64,000 nt of DNA. Source: an uncultured bacterium (GTDB lineage Bacteria > Patescibacteriota > Minisyncoccia > Phycocordibacterales > PALSA-1337). The stretch covers positions 234,405-298,404 of the forward strand of contig OY969557.1 of assembly GCA_963701025.1 (NCBI GenBank), written 5' to 3'. Numbering within the stretch: position 1 is the first letter of the stretch; every line of letters starts with the position of its first letter. Positions 37,207 to 46,186 of the stretch are shown piece after piece. The notes beneath the pieces were generated by a model that worked only from the letters and a program-made list of their open reading frames with translations, was not told where the DNA came from and searched no databases. Position numbers and translations under genes: made by a program.

Positions 37207-38475
37207 CTAGATCTCCTGTATCGAAGATTTCACACATGAACCATTCTTGAGAACATATGTACTACTACAATAGAAATTACAAGAAGGAGTGGCCGCCCCT
37301 GAACATTGAGGAGCACTTGCAGAACCCCAGATTGATGCCGGACCCGTAGCACCAGTAATGCTTGTGCAAATATTTGTATGTGCCGGCCGATTACAGGTTG
37401 GATTGTTAACTATGTTGTTATACGGATTAATCGTAATCGTAAGCATCTTAGACTGCACCCCCACACCCAACAAGAAATATGACAAGATTAGTTTTTTAGT
37501 AATGGGATTAGGACCTGGATTCGTGAATGTAAACTGATCCTGACCTTGAGAACTAAACGGAAGCACATTAGGGCTCGGACTTGAAGTCAAACCGGAATTC
37601 TCACCCCAGTCAGTCGCGATACCCGGAAGAGGAGAAGTCGATGCAGTTTGGATACTCGTGGCACTATTCGGAATCCATTGTACCGGAACAGTGACTGAAC
37701 CACCTAGAGAAGGAATGGTGTAGCTAATACTATTGGCAAACCAGTTTCCGGTGCCAGCCGGGCTACCCGGACCGGTATCTTGTGCTTGGAGTACAAGATC
37801 TGTCGTTCCCCCTCCCTGACACAGCGGATTCACCGCCGGATCGCACAAGCCGCAGCCTGGCCCTGTACAACCTCCTCCTCCCACCGGAGAAAAGGCTCCG
37901 AAGCTCAACCAACCGAGGACATTGCCGCCCCAAGCGAAACCGCTGAATCTTCCGTAGGTATTGGCATTGCCGGAATCGATTCCGACAGTCACGCCTTTCG
38001 TCGAAGTTCCCTGATAGCCGCTGGTATCGGGAGACGGGTGATTCGTGCCGGAAAGCTCTACGCAACCATCCCAACCGTCAGTCGTACTGCCTTGCGCGCC
38101 GAGGACGCGGATCCAACCAGTTACGGCTCCGCTCGTGTTATTGACGTTCGCACCCGTCGTACCGGTGCATCCGGTGAGGTCACTCTGATTGAAGCTTATC
38201 CACCCAATATTCGGAGACCAGGCATAACCGGTCAGATTGCCGGAACCATCGACAGCGACATCATACGCGCTGGCACTGTTGCCGGAACCGCCTGTGCCGG
38301 TATTGTTATCGGCGCTATTGAAAGAGACCCAGCCGATGTTCGAAGACCATGCCCATCCCTTGAGAGGCGTGCCAATGCCTTGAGCGTGAACTGCTTGTTT
38401 GCCGATGCTCATAGTGAATGCTCCGAGCGCGGCAAGCAGGACGATGGCTACGATGTATAGCGAGTATTTTTTCAT
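37207..38475 (-). CDS. Secreted Gly/Thr/Ser-rich repeat protein with three G(W/Y/F)AWSxNIGWxSF repeats and a Cys-rich C-terminus
   Basis: Signal peptide MKKYSLYIVAIVLLAALGAF, with a strong SD (AAAGGAGG) upstream. The repeats are GWAWSSNIGWVSF, GYAWSPNIGWISF and GFAWGGNVLGWLSF. There are many Cys in the last 120 aa. Confidence 0.6.
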   Translation of the reverse strand: MKKYSLYIVAIVLLAALGAFTMSIGKQAVHAQGIGTPLKGWAWSSNIGWVSFNSADNNTGTGGSGNSASAYDVAVDGSGNLTGYAWSPNIGWISFNQSDLTGCTGTTGANVNNTSGAVTGWIRVLGAQGSTTDGWDGCVELSGTNHPSPDTSGYQGTSTKGVTVGIDSGNANTYGRFSGFAWGGNVLGWLSFGAFSPVGGGGCTGPGCGLCDPAVNPLCQGGGTTDLVLQAQDTGPGSPAGTGNWFANSISYTIPSLGGSVTVPVQWIPNSATSIQTASTSPLPGIATDWGENSGLTSSPSPNVLPFSSQGQDQFTFTNPGPNPITKKLILSYFLLGVGVQSKMLTITINPYNNIVNNPTCNRPAHTNICTSITGATGPASIWGSASAPQCSGAATPSCNFYCSSTYVLKNGSCVKSSIQEI

Positions 38476-38564
38476 AAAATGTGGTTAAAGAAGATAATTA
38501 AAGGAGGTATTAGTACGCCTCTATTGTAACCCATTCGCCGCGATAAAGCTGTGGATAAAAGGCC

Positions 38565-40961
38565 TTATTTTACGGGCCACGCTTCCACCATCAGCATGGA
38601 CTTTCTGCCCTCAATTTCCTGCCATATCTCCTCTGTCACATACGGCATGAAGGGGTGGAGCAATTTGAGGATGGTCTCCAGGGCTTGCCGGAGAAAAGCG
38701 GCGCGCGAAACTTGAGCCGCCTCGTCGCCGGTAGCGGGAACACCGAATATGCCGACGATCGGCTTGCTCTCCTCGAGGATCTTGTCGGCGAATTCGTGCC
38801 AGACATAGTGATAGAGCTTCTCGCCGACGAGGTAGAACTTATATTCATCCATCTCTCGGGTGACTTCAGCAGTAAGATCTTCGAGATGTTTCTGGTGCTC
38901 TTGTTCAGTGGCGCCGAATTTCACTTTGTCCATTTCCACTTTCTTCTTGCTCCCTACTCCATTCTCCTTACTCCCCGTTTCTTTCTCCTCTATTGAAAGT
39001 ACGAACCTCGCGATATTCCACAGCTTATTGGAGAAAAGTTTGTACGCCTTTATCTTCTGTTCGTCTATCTTGCTGTCATTGCCGGGACCAACGCCGACGA
39101 TGAGGGACATGCGCACCGCGTCAGCGCCGTACTTGGCGATCATGTCCAGAGGATCGATGTTATTGCCGAGCGACTTGCTTATCTTGCGATTTTTCGTATC
39201 GCGAACCAGCCCATGCAAGTAAACCGTCTTGAATGGGATTTCCCCCAGAAGATACGAGCTCATCAATATCATGCGCGCCACCCAGAAGAAGAGGATGTCC
39301 GATCCGGTCTCAAGGATAGTCGTCGGATGATATTCTCGGTGAGCCTTGAATTCCTTTTCATCCGGCCAACCGAGCGTCGAGAATGTCCACAGGCCGGAAG
39401 AGAACCACGTGTCGAGGGTGTCCTCGTCTTGTTTCCACCCATCGCCCTTCGGCGCTTCAAGGCCGACATATATTTCATCATCCTCTACCCTATACCCTAT
39501 ACCCTTTTTTCTGTACCACACCGGAATGCGATGTCCGTACCAGATCTGCCGTGAGATGCACCAATCGCGGAGATTTTCTATCCAATTGAAGTAGACTTTC
39601 TCAAAACGGTCAGGGATTATTTTGATCGGCTCCGAATCGCCGGAAGGACTGGAACCACCGATACCATTCTCCACGGCTTCCTTCATTAACTCTTTCAAAG
39701 TGACAACTTTCTTGACACTTTTCGATGATGACTTACTTGAGACACCCCCGCCTGTGACATTCGCACCTGGATTGAATTCCTTATTTACCGCCACAAACCA
39801 TTGCAATTTCGGTAAAGGTTCCACAACGCCTCCCGTGCGCTCGGCAAGGCTTATGTTATGCTCTATCTCCTCCTCTTTTTCGAGCAGACCTTCTGCCTTG
39901 AGCCACGCAACGACAGCCTGGCGCGCTTCGGCCACTTTCTTGTCTTTAACGACAAATTCCGGCTTTGGGGCCGAGCTCGCATCATAGCCGACCGTCATGC
40001 GGGCATATTCGTTTATGACTTGTTTGAGCGGCAAATCGTGCTTTTGAGCCATTTCCCAGTCTATCTGGCTGTGCGCCGGAGTGACGCCGAGCGCGCCTGT
40101 GCCGAAATCTTTTTCGACGGCAGGATCAGCTATGACTTTCAAATGAATCGATTCGCCCGCGAAAACAGTATCGAATTCTTTGCCGACAAATTTCTTGTAG
40201 CGCGCGTCATCAGGATGTACCGCTACAGCCGTATCGCCGAGCTTCGTCTCCGGCCGGGTCGTGGAAATACTGATCGGTATCATCTCACCCGTCTTGACAT
40301 CTTTGCCGTATTTGAATGTGTATAGCTTCGTCTTCCTCGTCTCATAGACAATCTCGTCGTCGGAAATAGTAGTCTGACCTTTCGGATCCCAATTGACCAC
40401 GCGATAGCCGCGATATATGAGGCCGTCGTCATACATCTTTTTGAAAGCGGTGCGCACGGCCAGATTTCTCTTTTCATCCAATGTGAAAGCCTCGCGCGAC
40501 CAGTCGATGGAACAACCCATTTTCCGCATTTGCGAAACGATGATGTCGTGAGTCTCTTTGACATGAGATTCTATCCGCTTCAGGAGCTCATCGCGGCCGA
40601 GATCGTGGCGCGACCTACCTTCTTTCTTTTGGATGTCTTTCTCCACCACGGACTGCGTGGCTATGGCCGCATGGTCGGTGCCGGGGATCCACAGGGCCTT
40701 TTTTCCTTTCATGCGGGCATAACGCACCATAATATCCTCAATAGCGAGCATCAGAGCCGAGCCCATGTGTAACACGCCCGTCACGTTCGGTGGCGGCAGG
40801 ACGATGGAGAACGGCTCACCGTTCGCGCCTTGGCCAGGCTTGTCAGACGGCAGTTTGTCTGGATCGAAATAGCCGCTCTTTTCCCACATCTCGTATATGC
40901 GGGCTTCTGTCTCTGCGGGGTTATATGGCTTGAGGAATTTATCCGGAAGATGGTCGCTCAT
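38565..40961 (-). CDS. valS: Valyl-tRNA synthetase (no C-terminal coiled-coil)
   Basis: PPPNVTGVLHMGSA (HIGH region), DWCISRQIWYGHRIP, and KISKSLGN (KMSKS). 798 aa. Confidence 0.85.
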   Translation of the reverse strand: MSDHLPDKFLKPYNPAETEARIYEMWEKSGYFDPDKLPSDKPGQGANGEPFSIVLPPPNVTGVLHMGSALMLAIEDIMVRYARMKGKKALWIPGTDHAAIATQSVVEKDIQKKEGRSRHDLGRDELLKRIESHVKETHDIIVSQMRKMGCSIDWSREAFTLDEKRNLAVRTAFKKMYDDGLIYRGYRVVNWDPKGQTTISDDEIVYETRKTKLYTFKYGKDVKTGEMIPISISTTRPETKLGDTAVAVHPDDARYKKFVGKEFDTVFAGESIHLKVIADPAVEKDFGTGALGVTPAHSQIDWEMAQKHDLPLKQVINEYARMTVGYDASSAPKPEFVVKDKKVAEARQAVVAWLKAEGLLEKEEEIEHNISLAERTGGVVEPLPKLQWFVAVNKEFNPGANVTGGGVSSKSSSKSVKKVVTLKELMKEAVENGIGGSSPSGDSEPIKIIPDRFEKVYFNWIENLRDWCISRQIWYGHRIPVWYRKKGIGYRVEDDEIYVGLEAPKGDGWKQDEDTLDTWFSSGLWTFSTLGWPDEKEFKAHREYHPTTILETGSDILFFWVARMILMSSYLLGEIPFKTVYLHGLVRDTKNRKISKSLGNNIDPLDMIAKYGADAVRMSLIVGVGPGNDSKIDEQKIKAYKLFSNKLWNIARFVLSIEEKETGSKENGVGSKKKVEMDKVKFGATEQEHQKHLEDLTAEVTREMDEYKFYLVGEKLYHYVWHEFADKILEESKPIVGIFGVPATGDEAAQVSRAAFLRQALETILKLLHPFMPYVTEEIWQEIEGRKSMLMVEAWPVK

Positions 40962-40991
40962 GTCTCAATGTTAGCATATCATTAGTATATT

Positions 40992-41774
40992 TCAGTATAT
41001 CTCTATGGCCACCAGCTTTGAAACGCCGAGCCCTTCCATTTTCGGCATATCGATGCCGATCTCCTTACGCCAGAACACATCGTCTTTGAGAAGCTCGATG
41101 ATCCACGGGAAATGCGCATCCTGCGAAAAGATGACGCCGCCTTTTTGCATCAGGGGATATCCGTACTTCAGACAATCTTTCGTCGACTGGAGGAGATCGA
41201 CGTTCATGCACATGACGGCGATCGGTTGCTTGAAAGCCGACAGAGTATCTTTGACCCAGCCTTTATGAAAATCGCACCGGCTGATATCGCCGTATCGCCT
41301 AACTGCCTCCTTCACCTCGCCGAGACGCACGGCATGACTGCCTTTGGGGAAATGATGTTCCCTGCCATATATGCTCTTGCCATGGGCCTCGCTATTCTCC
41401 GGCATGCCTTCGAACGAGTCGAAGACTTCGAGCCGGCGGCTACAGAGCCGTGCCACCAAAGAGAGCTTGGCGGTACTGCCGCCGTGATAAGCTCCCGCTT
41501 CGACGATCGCTCCCGGCACCGATGGATCCACGTTCAATATCCGCCGGGCTATGGCCAAGAGTTCGTGTTCTGTATGCGGACAATCGACCGTGTACGAGAT
41601 GAGATAGAATTTACGGATGAGACTCAAGCGGGCGAAAAATGTAGTCGGCGATGCGGTCGAATGGAAAAGAAAGCCGAGCGCGGCCGGAACATCCTTGGGA
41701 AAATAATATATCTTGCGATAGATATACAGGAATATCCAGGGGGTATGTCGTTTGATGCTGGTTCGGAGAGTCAT
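40992..41774 (-). CDS. TylF/MycF-family (macrocin-O-methyltransferase-like) class I SAM methyltransferase
   Basis: GAIVEAGAYHGGSTAKL...LEVFDSFEGMP is typical of PF05711. Confidence 0.6.
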   Translation of the reverse strand: MTLRTSIKRHTPWIFLYIYRKIYYFPKDVPAALGFLFHSTASPTTFFARLSLIRKFYLISYTVDCPHTEHELLAIARRILNVDPSVPGAIVEAGAYHGGSTAKLSLVARLCSRRLEVFDSFEGMPENSEAHGKSIYGREHHFPKGSHAVRLGEVKEAVRRYGDISRCDFHKGWVKDTLSAFKQPIAVMCMNVDLLQSTKDCLKYGYPLMQKGGVIFSQDAHFPWIIELLKDDVFWRKEIGIDMPKMEGLGVSKLVAIEIY

Positions 41775-41806
41775 GCTCGTGTAAGCGTCTTGTAAGTGGA
41801 ATTCAA

Positions 41807-42673
41807 TTAAGCAGCCCGGCGGACGAGGACGAATGGCGTCATCTTATTGCCCTGGCCGAGCGGATTGTCGAGGAGAATGAGCCGCGCGGTCTTCTTGTCG
41901 AGGCCGACGCCCTTGCTCACGCCCAGTATCTTGACATTGATAAAGTTGGCGTCGGCGGTCACCGTAGGAATGCCGAATTTCTTCTCAATATCGTCGCAGA
42001 CGCCCTGCGGATCTGGCGGTGGCAGGACAGCCCATTCCGTATACGGATACATATCCTCGGGAATGAAGCCATCGATCTCCGATACACGGTTGCCGGCTAT
42101 GATCCAGAACAAACCGCGTATGCCGACCACCTTGCCAAGGCCGCCCAATATCATGGCCGGAATGATACGCCAGACGCCGGCTTCTTCTATGGCTACCTGG
42201 ACTTTCTCCGGTTTTGACCAGGCGGTCATATTCTTGTGCTTCTTTACGCCCTTGGTGACGAGACGCGCCAACCATGTCACTTTGACCGTAGAGATGTGTC
42301 GGACACGATTCTCCGATATGGATATGATCTTCTCGGAAAGGGCCAGCCAATCGCCCTTACGATAGTGAGGCAGGACGAATTCCGCGAGGGTCTTCTCCAG
42401 CGGTTCGCCAAATTCTATCAGGCGTGGCACTTTGATGGCACGGCGCTCATAGACGATGCCGTCCACGGTGATGTTCTTGACCGGTTGGATGATGCTCTGT
42501 TCCATGCCGGTTGATGATACCACGCGGAGACGCGCGAAAAAAGACGGATGCGTAAAAAGATTAAAAAACCGGCCGGCGAGCATGTGCTCGCGAGGCCGGT
42601 CGGAACGATCAAGCATCAAACATTCCATTCCGGGATGCTCCATGGCATAGGAGCCGTCTTTGAGTCGAGCCAT
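41807..42673 (-). CDS. CofE-like (F420-0:gamma-glutamyl ligase family) protein; true start probably internal (about 42619-42643)
   Basis: The C-terminal blocks AVLPPPDPQGVCDDIEKKFG and LILLDNPLGQGNKMTPFVLVRR resemble the conserved CofE-family motifs (LLPxDPDxSA / LVMGEaxEGxPVVLVRG). The annotated start overlaps the upstream PLP-enzyme gene by 58 nt. Confidence 0.45.
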   Translation of the reverse strand: MARLKDGSYAMEHPGMECLMLDRSDRPREHMLAGRFFNLFTHPSFFARLRVVSSTGMEQSIIQPVKNITVDGIVYERRAIKVPRLIEFGEPLEKTLAEFVLPHYRKGDWLALSEKIISISENRVRHISTVKVTWLARLVTKGVKKHKNMTAWSKPEKVQVAIEEAGVWRIIPAMILGGLGKVVGIRGLFWIIAGNRVSEIDGFIPEDMYPYTEWAVLPPPDPQGVCDDIEKKFGIPTVTADANFINVKILGVSKGVGLDKKTARLILLDNPLGQGNKMTPFVLVRRAA

Positions 42674-43692
42674 CCTTCGGGAACAGGCAGGAGCTCGTCG
42701 GCATAGGGCCGCAGTCCGTCGTGGAAAACGATCAGGGCGTTGACAAATCCGTCCCGGCTACGCAACGAGTCAAGCATGCCGGCACGGCGATACCACTCGA
42801 CAGTCTTCAGGGCGGCGATGTACGACGCGCCGGAAGATGGACCTGGCATTATACCGCTCTGATATTGAATCTGTAGTACGGCTAACCAAGCTTCCCTTGC
42901 CATCACTTCGACGGTATCGTCTATGGCCCTCTGCCACGGGTGACGGATCTCCGTCATCTGGGACAAACTGCGCATGCCGGGTATGTTTTCACCCTCGGCG
43001 CACATGGCCCCGATGACGTAAAGACCTTCCCTGGCATTCTTAAGACCATGCGAAAGGCCAGTGATTGTGGCCCCGGTGCCTATAGGACAGACGAGAAGCC
43101 TGAAGCCTCCCAGCATGTTTGCCGATATCTTGGGAGCCGCCACGTCCCGATAGAACGCCACCATCATCGGATTGGCGTATTGATCCAAGTTGAGCATGCC
43201 ATCGGACGACACTTTCCACTCGCCGTTCGGCCGCCAGCCTCCACCGCCCAAGTGGCGCGCGGTCTCGATGGCGCTCATGCCATCGTTCGGCTTGATGATC
43301 TTCCCTCCCGCATCGCGTATGGGGAATCTTTTTCCGCGGGGAACGCTGTCTTTCATGACCAGGAGCGCCTCCTTGCCGTAATGCCTGGCGAAGTGGACGA
43401 GACACAAACCTGTCGCTCCAGAGGTGGACTCGACGAGCGTGTCGACCTTATCCAACAGGCCATTATTCGACGCTTCTTCGAGCATCATGGCTACCGGCCC
43501 CATTTTGAATGTCACATAGGGATTGGTGAGCGACGACACCGCCATCAAGCGGACTTTGTCCTTCAGGAACGGATTCAATACGGGACTCAACTCATCCAAC
43601 GGGATGATCGGCAGAGACCAGTTCTCTACCCCTTTCTGCAGGTAAAAGTTCTTCATAATTTGCCTTTTCAATATTTCAGACGTTTGTTCCAA
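42616..43692 (-). CDS. PLP-dependent enzyme of the cysteine-synthase/tryptophan-synthase-beta fold
   Basis: The glycine-rich PLP-phosphate loop CPIGTGATITG and the downstream GPSSGASY block are typical of fold-type II PLP enzymes. Confidence 0.6.
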   Translation of the reverse strand: MEQTSEILKRQIMKNFYLQKGVENWSLPIIPLDELSPVLNPFLKDKVRLMAVSSLTNPYVTFKMGPVAMMLEEASNNGLLDKVDTLVESTSGATGLCLVHFARHYGKEALLVMKDSVPRGKRFPIRDAGGKIIKPNDGMSAIETARHLGGGGWRPNGEWKVSSDGMLNLDQYANPMMVAFYRDVAAPKISANMLGGFRLLVCPIGTGATITGLSHGLKNAREGLYVIGAMCAEGENIPGMRSLSQMTEIRHPWQRAIDDTVEVMAREAWLAVLQIQYQSGIMPGPSSGASYIAALKTVEWYRRAGMLDSLRSRDGFVNALIVFHDGLRPYADELLPVPEGWLDSKTAPMPWSIPEWNV

Positions 43693-43728
43693 AACTACCT
43701 TGAATGATGAAAACTGTCAATAACCAAT

Positions 43729-44733
43729 ATGTTGACTTTTCCTTTGATGTATCGTAGTATCGAAAACACGACCATGGCGATAGAAAACAGGCCAACAATA
43801 TCCCATAAGCTTATGCTTCTAGCCGGAGCCTGCGGTATGCTGGCCGTGGCTATTTTCAGCATCGCTCCGGCGGCTTATGCTTCATATAATTCTTCATATA
43901 ACTACGGCAATTCTAATTACGGCAATTCCCACAACGATTCTTATAATCACAACAATAACAACTGGAACAGCGGCTCTTACCGGATGAACGACAATAACCA
44001 TGACAGGGACGATCATTATCCTGTACAGACGTATCACTACCAACCACAGACGCCGATATATAACTACTATTACCCTCAAACTCCGGTATACAACTATTCG
44101 TACCCCACTTATTATCAATATCCCCAGAGCTATCCGGTGAGCTACCCGACGACGTACTATGAGCCGGCACCGCAGACATATTACCAACCGACGTATTACC
44201 AGTCCGCGCCGACATACTACCAATCAGCGCCGACGTATGCCTACCAGACGCCTTCGTACACTTCGTATCCGTACGTGAATCAGAGCAATGCGAGCGGTCT
44301 CACTATCAGCTGTTCCGCGGAACCTTCCACAGCCATCATAAATCAGCCGGTCACCTGGACCGCCGAGGTCAGCGGTGGTTCCGCGCCGTATACGTATTCG
44401 TGGTCTGGATCGGGAGGACTATCCGGATCACAAAGCTCCGTCACGGAATATTACGATACCGTAGGGCAAGAAAGCGCCGTAGTCATAGTGACCTCCGCCA
44501 ACGGCCTCTCCGGCACGCACGCATGCGACAATACGCTCACCGTGGAAGGCTCCGGCGCGAACTATATCCCACAAAGCGCTCCCGCCTCCCCGCAGGCGCC
44601 CGTAGAGAATAATCCAAACGCCGCAGCAGCCGGTCTTAGCGCCGTTTCTTTCGGAGTGATCGCCGTTCTCATCATCCTCATCCTCATTGGAGCCATCATA
44701 TATCTCATGTCCCAGCGTAGAAAGGTGGTGTAG
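43729..44733 (+). CDS. Surface-anchored Tyr/Gln/Pro/Asn-rich low-complexity protein with PKD/Ig-like domain and C-terminal TM anchor
   Basis: The start is probably M16 (MAIENRPT...), followed by a signal/TM region. Repeats of the types PTYYQSA and YPQTP are present. A PKD-like block TISCSAEPSTAIINQPVTWTAEVSGGSAPYTYSWSGSGG follows. The C-terminus is AVLIILILIGAIIYLMSQRRKVV. Confidence 0.6.
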   Translation: MLTFPLMYRSIENTTMAIENRPTISHKLMLLAGACGMLAVAIFSIAPAAYASYNSSYNYGNSNYGNSHNDSYNHNNNNWNSGSYRMNDNNHDRDDHYPVQTYHYQPQTPIYNYYYPQTPVYNYSYPTYYQYPQSYPVSYPTTYYEPAPQTYYQPTYYQSAPTYYQSAPTYAYQTPSYTSYPYVNQSNASGLTISCSAEPSTAIINQPVTWTAEVSGGSAPYTYSWSGSGGLSGSQSSVTEYYDTVGQESAVVIVTSANGLSGTHACDNTLTVEGSGANYIPQSAPASPQAPVENNPNAAAAGLSAVSFGVIAVLIILILIGAIIYLMSQRRKVV

Positions 44734-44927
44734 AAGATTGTTTTGTGACCCACATTATACAGGATTGGAAACAGATCGTAGAAAATATCAGATTGTGGCA
44801 TGTACTAAAATAATGGCACAAAAAGAAAAGGGCTCCTTAGGCACTGACACCTTTCGGATCCTTTTTCGTGTGGATACATCATCATTATTGCATATCCGGA
44901 CAGAATGTAGAGAGCTTTATGCACAGG

Positions 44928-45991
44928 CCTCAAGTTCTAATCTGAATCAATACACCCTCTGAATACCTCCCTTGGTGTTCTGTAGCCCAGCCGCTTTCTC
45001 GGCCGGTCATTCAACATTCGTACTGCACGTTGAACTTGGTATGGGGTAATGGTAGCAAAGTAAGTGCCTTTAGGAAAGAATTGCCTGAGCAATCCATTCC
45101 AGTTTTCATTTGTCCCTCGCTCCCACGAATGGTACGCGGTCGCATGATATACATCGAGTCCGGTTTTCTCTTCAAGTAAACTGTCATATCCGCTGACCTC
45201 AGTTCCGTTGTCTCTGGTTAGAGTCCTTCGTAAATATTTTGGCAACGCTACGAATCGAGACACTGCTTTTTTGTTGATGATCTCTGCGCTCACCACCTCA
45301 AGTTTCTCGGCCATGGCGTATCCGCTCTTTCTTTCAACACAGCTCCAGATCCTTTGAACTCTTTCCTTGCCGATGACAGTATCATCTTCCCAATCTCCGA
45401 GGCGTGAGCGTTCGTCCACTTCCTTTGGTCTTTCCTCGATCCTTCTCACTTTCATGGCTCTAGCAAGCTCCATACGGGCTTTTGAACCTCTTTTCTTCCG
45501 GTACTTGCACTTCTGATGCCGCAGATACTTTACAAGGTCCGGTCTTTTCTCGTACACAAAAGTGTAGATCGTTTCGTGACATACAATCGTTCTTCCGGTC
45601 ATCATTTTCAGTCTTCCTGCAATTTGTTCGGGTGACCATAATCGCTTCAATTTGCGGACGATGTGACGCCGTAGTTTCCTGTCGTTTTCGATCTTTCTCT
45701 CTAGTATTTTTACACGTCTTCTTCTTGCCAGATATCTTTTGTGCGCATGACCACCTCGATATATACCATCAGGATCTTTGTTTCGACTGATTTCAAGACA
45801 GACATTGCTTCTCTGCATGCCAAGTATCCTGGCGCATTCAGTCTGGCTCTTTCTTGCACTTAAAAGTATCGCTAGCTCTACTCTAGTATCTCTGTTAAAT
45901 TGTTTGTGCGACATCCTCGTGTGTAATTTAGCTGGTAATGGTATACCGCTACAGTACCACGGGGGTGTTGCGTTTCAGGTTAGAATTTACC
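44928..45991 (-). mobile_element. IS30-family insertion sequence, copy B (identical to copy A, inverted orientation)
   Basis: 1064 bp identical to 7082-8145 on the opposite strand; flanking sequence diverges immediately outside. Confidence 0.85.
44937..45914 (-). CDS. IS30-family DDE transposase (copy B)
   Basis: 325-aa protein identical to the product of 7159-8136. Confidence 0.85.
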   Translation of the reverse strand: MSHKQFNRDTRVELAILLSARKSQTECARILGMQRSNVCLEISRNKDPDGIYRGGHAHKRYLARRRRVKILERKIENDRKLRRHIVRKLKRLWSPEQIAGRLKMMTGRTIVCHETIYTFVYEKRPDLVKYLRHQKCKYRKKRGSKARMELARAMKVRRIEERPKEVDERSRLGDWEDDTVIGKERVQRIWSCVERKSGYAMAEKLEVVSAEIINKKAVSRFVALPKYLRRTLTRDNGTEVSGYDSLLEEKTGLDVYHATAYHSWERGTNENWNGLLRQFFPKGTYFATITPYQVQRAVRMLNDRPRKRLGYRTPREVFRGCIDSD

Positions 45992-46186
45992 GGCTCGACA
46001 TTGACACACTGGCCATGACCATGCATATAATAAGATATCGATATAGTGCAAGCGTGCTTATCGATTCGCATTAGCGAGTGTAGAGATGAAATATTCTCTC
46101 GCAAACAGGTAACGGTCGATCTCCGTATCAGTAATCTGGAGTTGTACCTGCAACGCTTACTTATTAGTTAAGCGTTTTTAATTTAT

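Noticed and set aside
37780-38460. 226-aa plus-strand ORF
   Set aside because: Antisense to the secreted repeat-protein gene. Arg/Ala/Gly-rich artefact.
8146-44927. The 36.8-kb segment between the IS30 copies as a composite transposon
   Set aside because: The segment is full of essential single-copy housekeeping genes (leuS, valS, dnaB, zwf, tRNAs) and the IS copies are inverted. A recombination or inversion substrate is more plausible than a mobile composite transposon.
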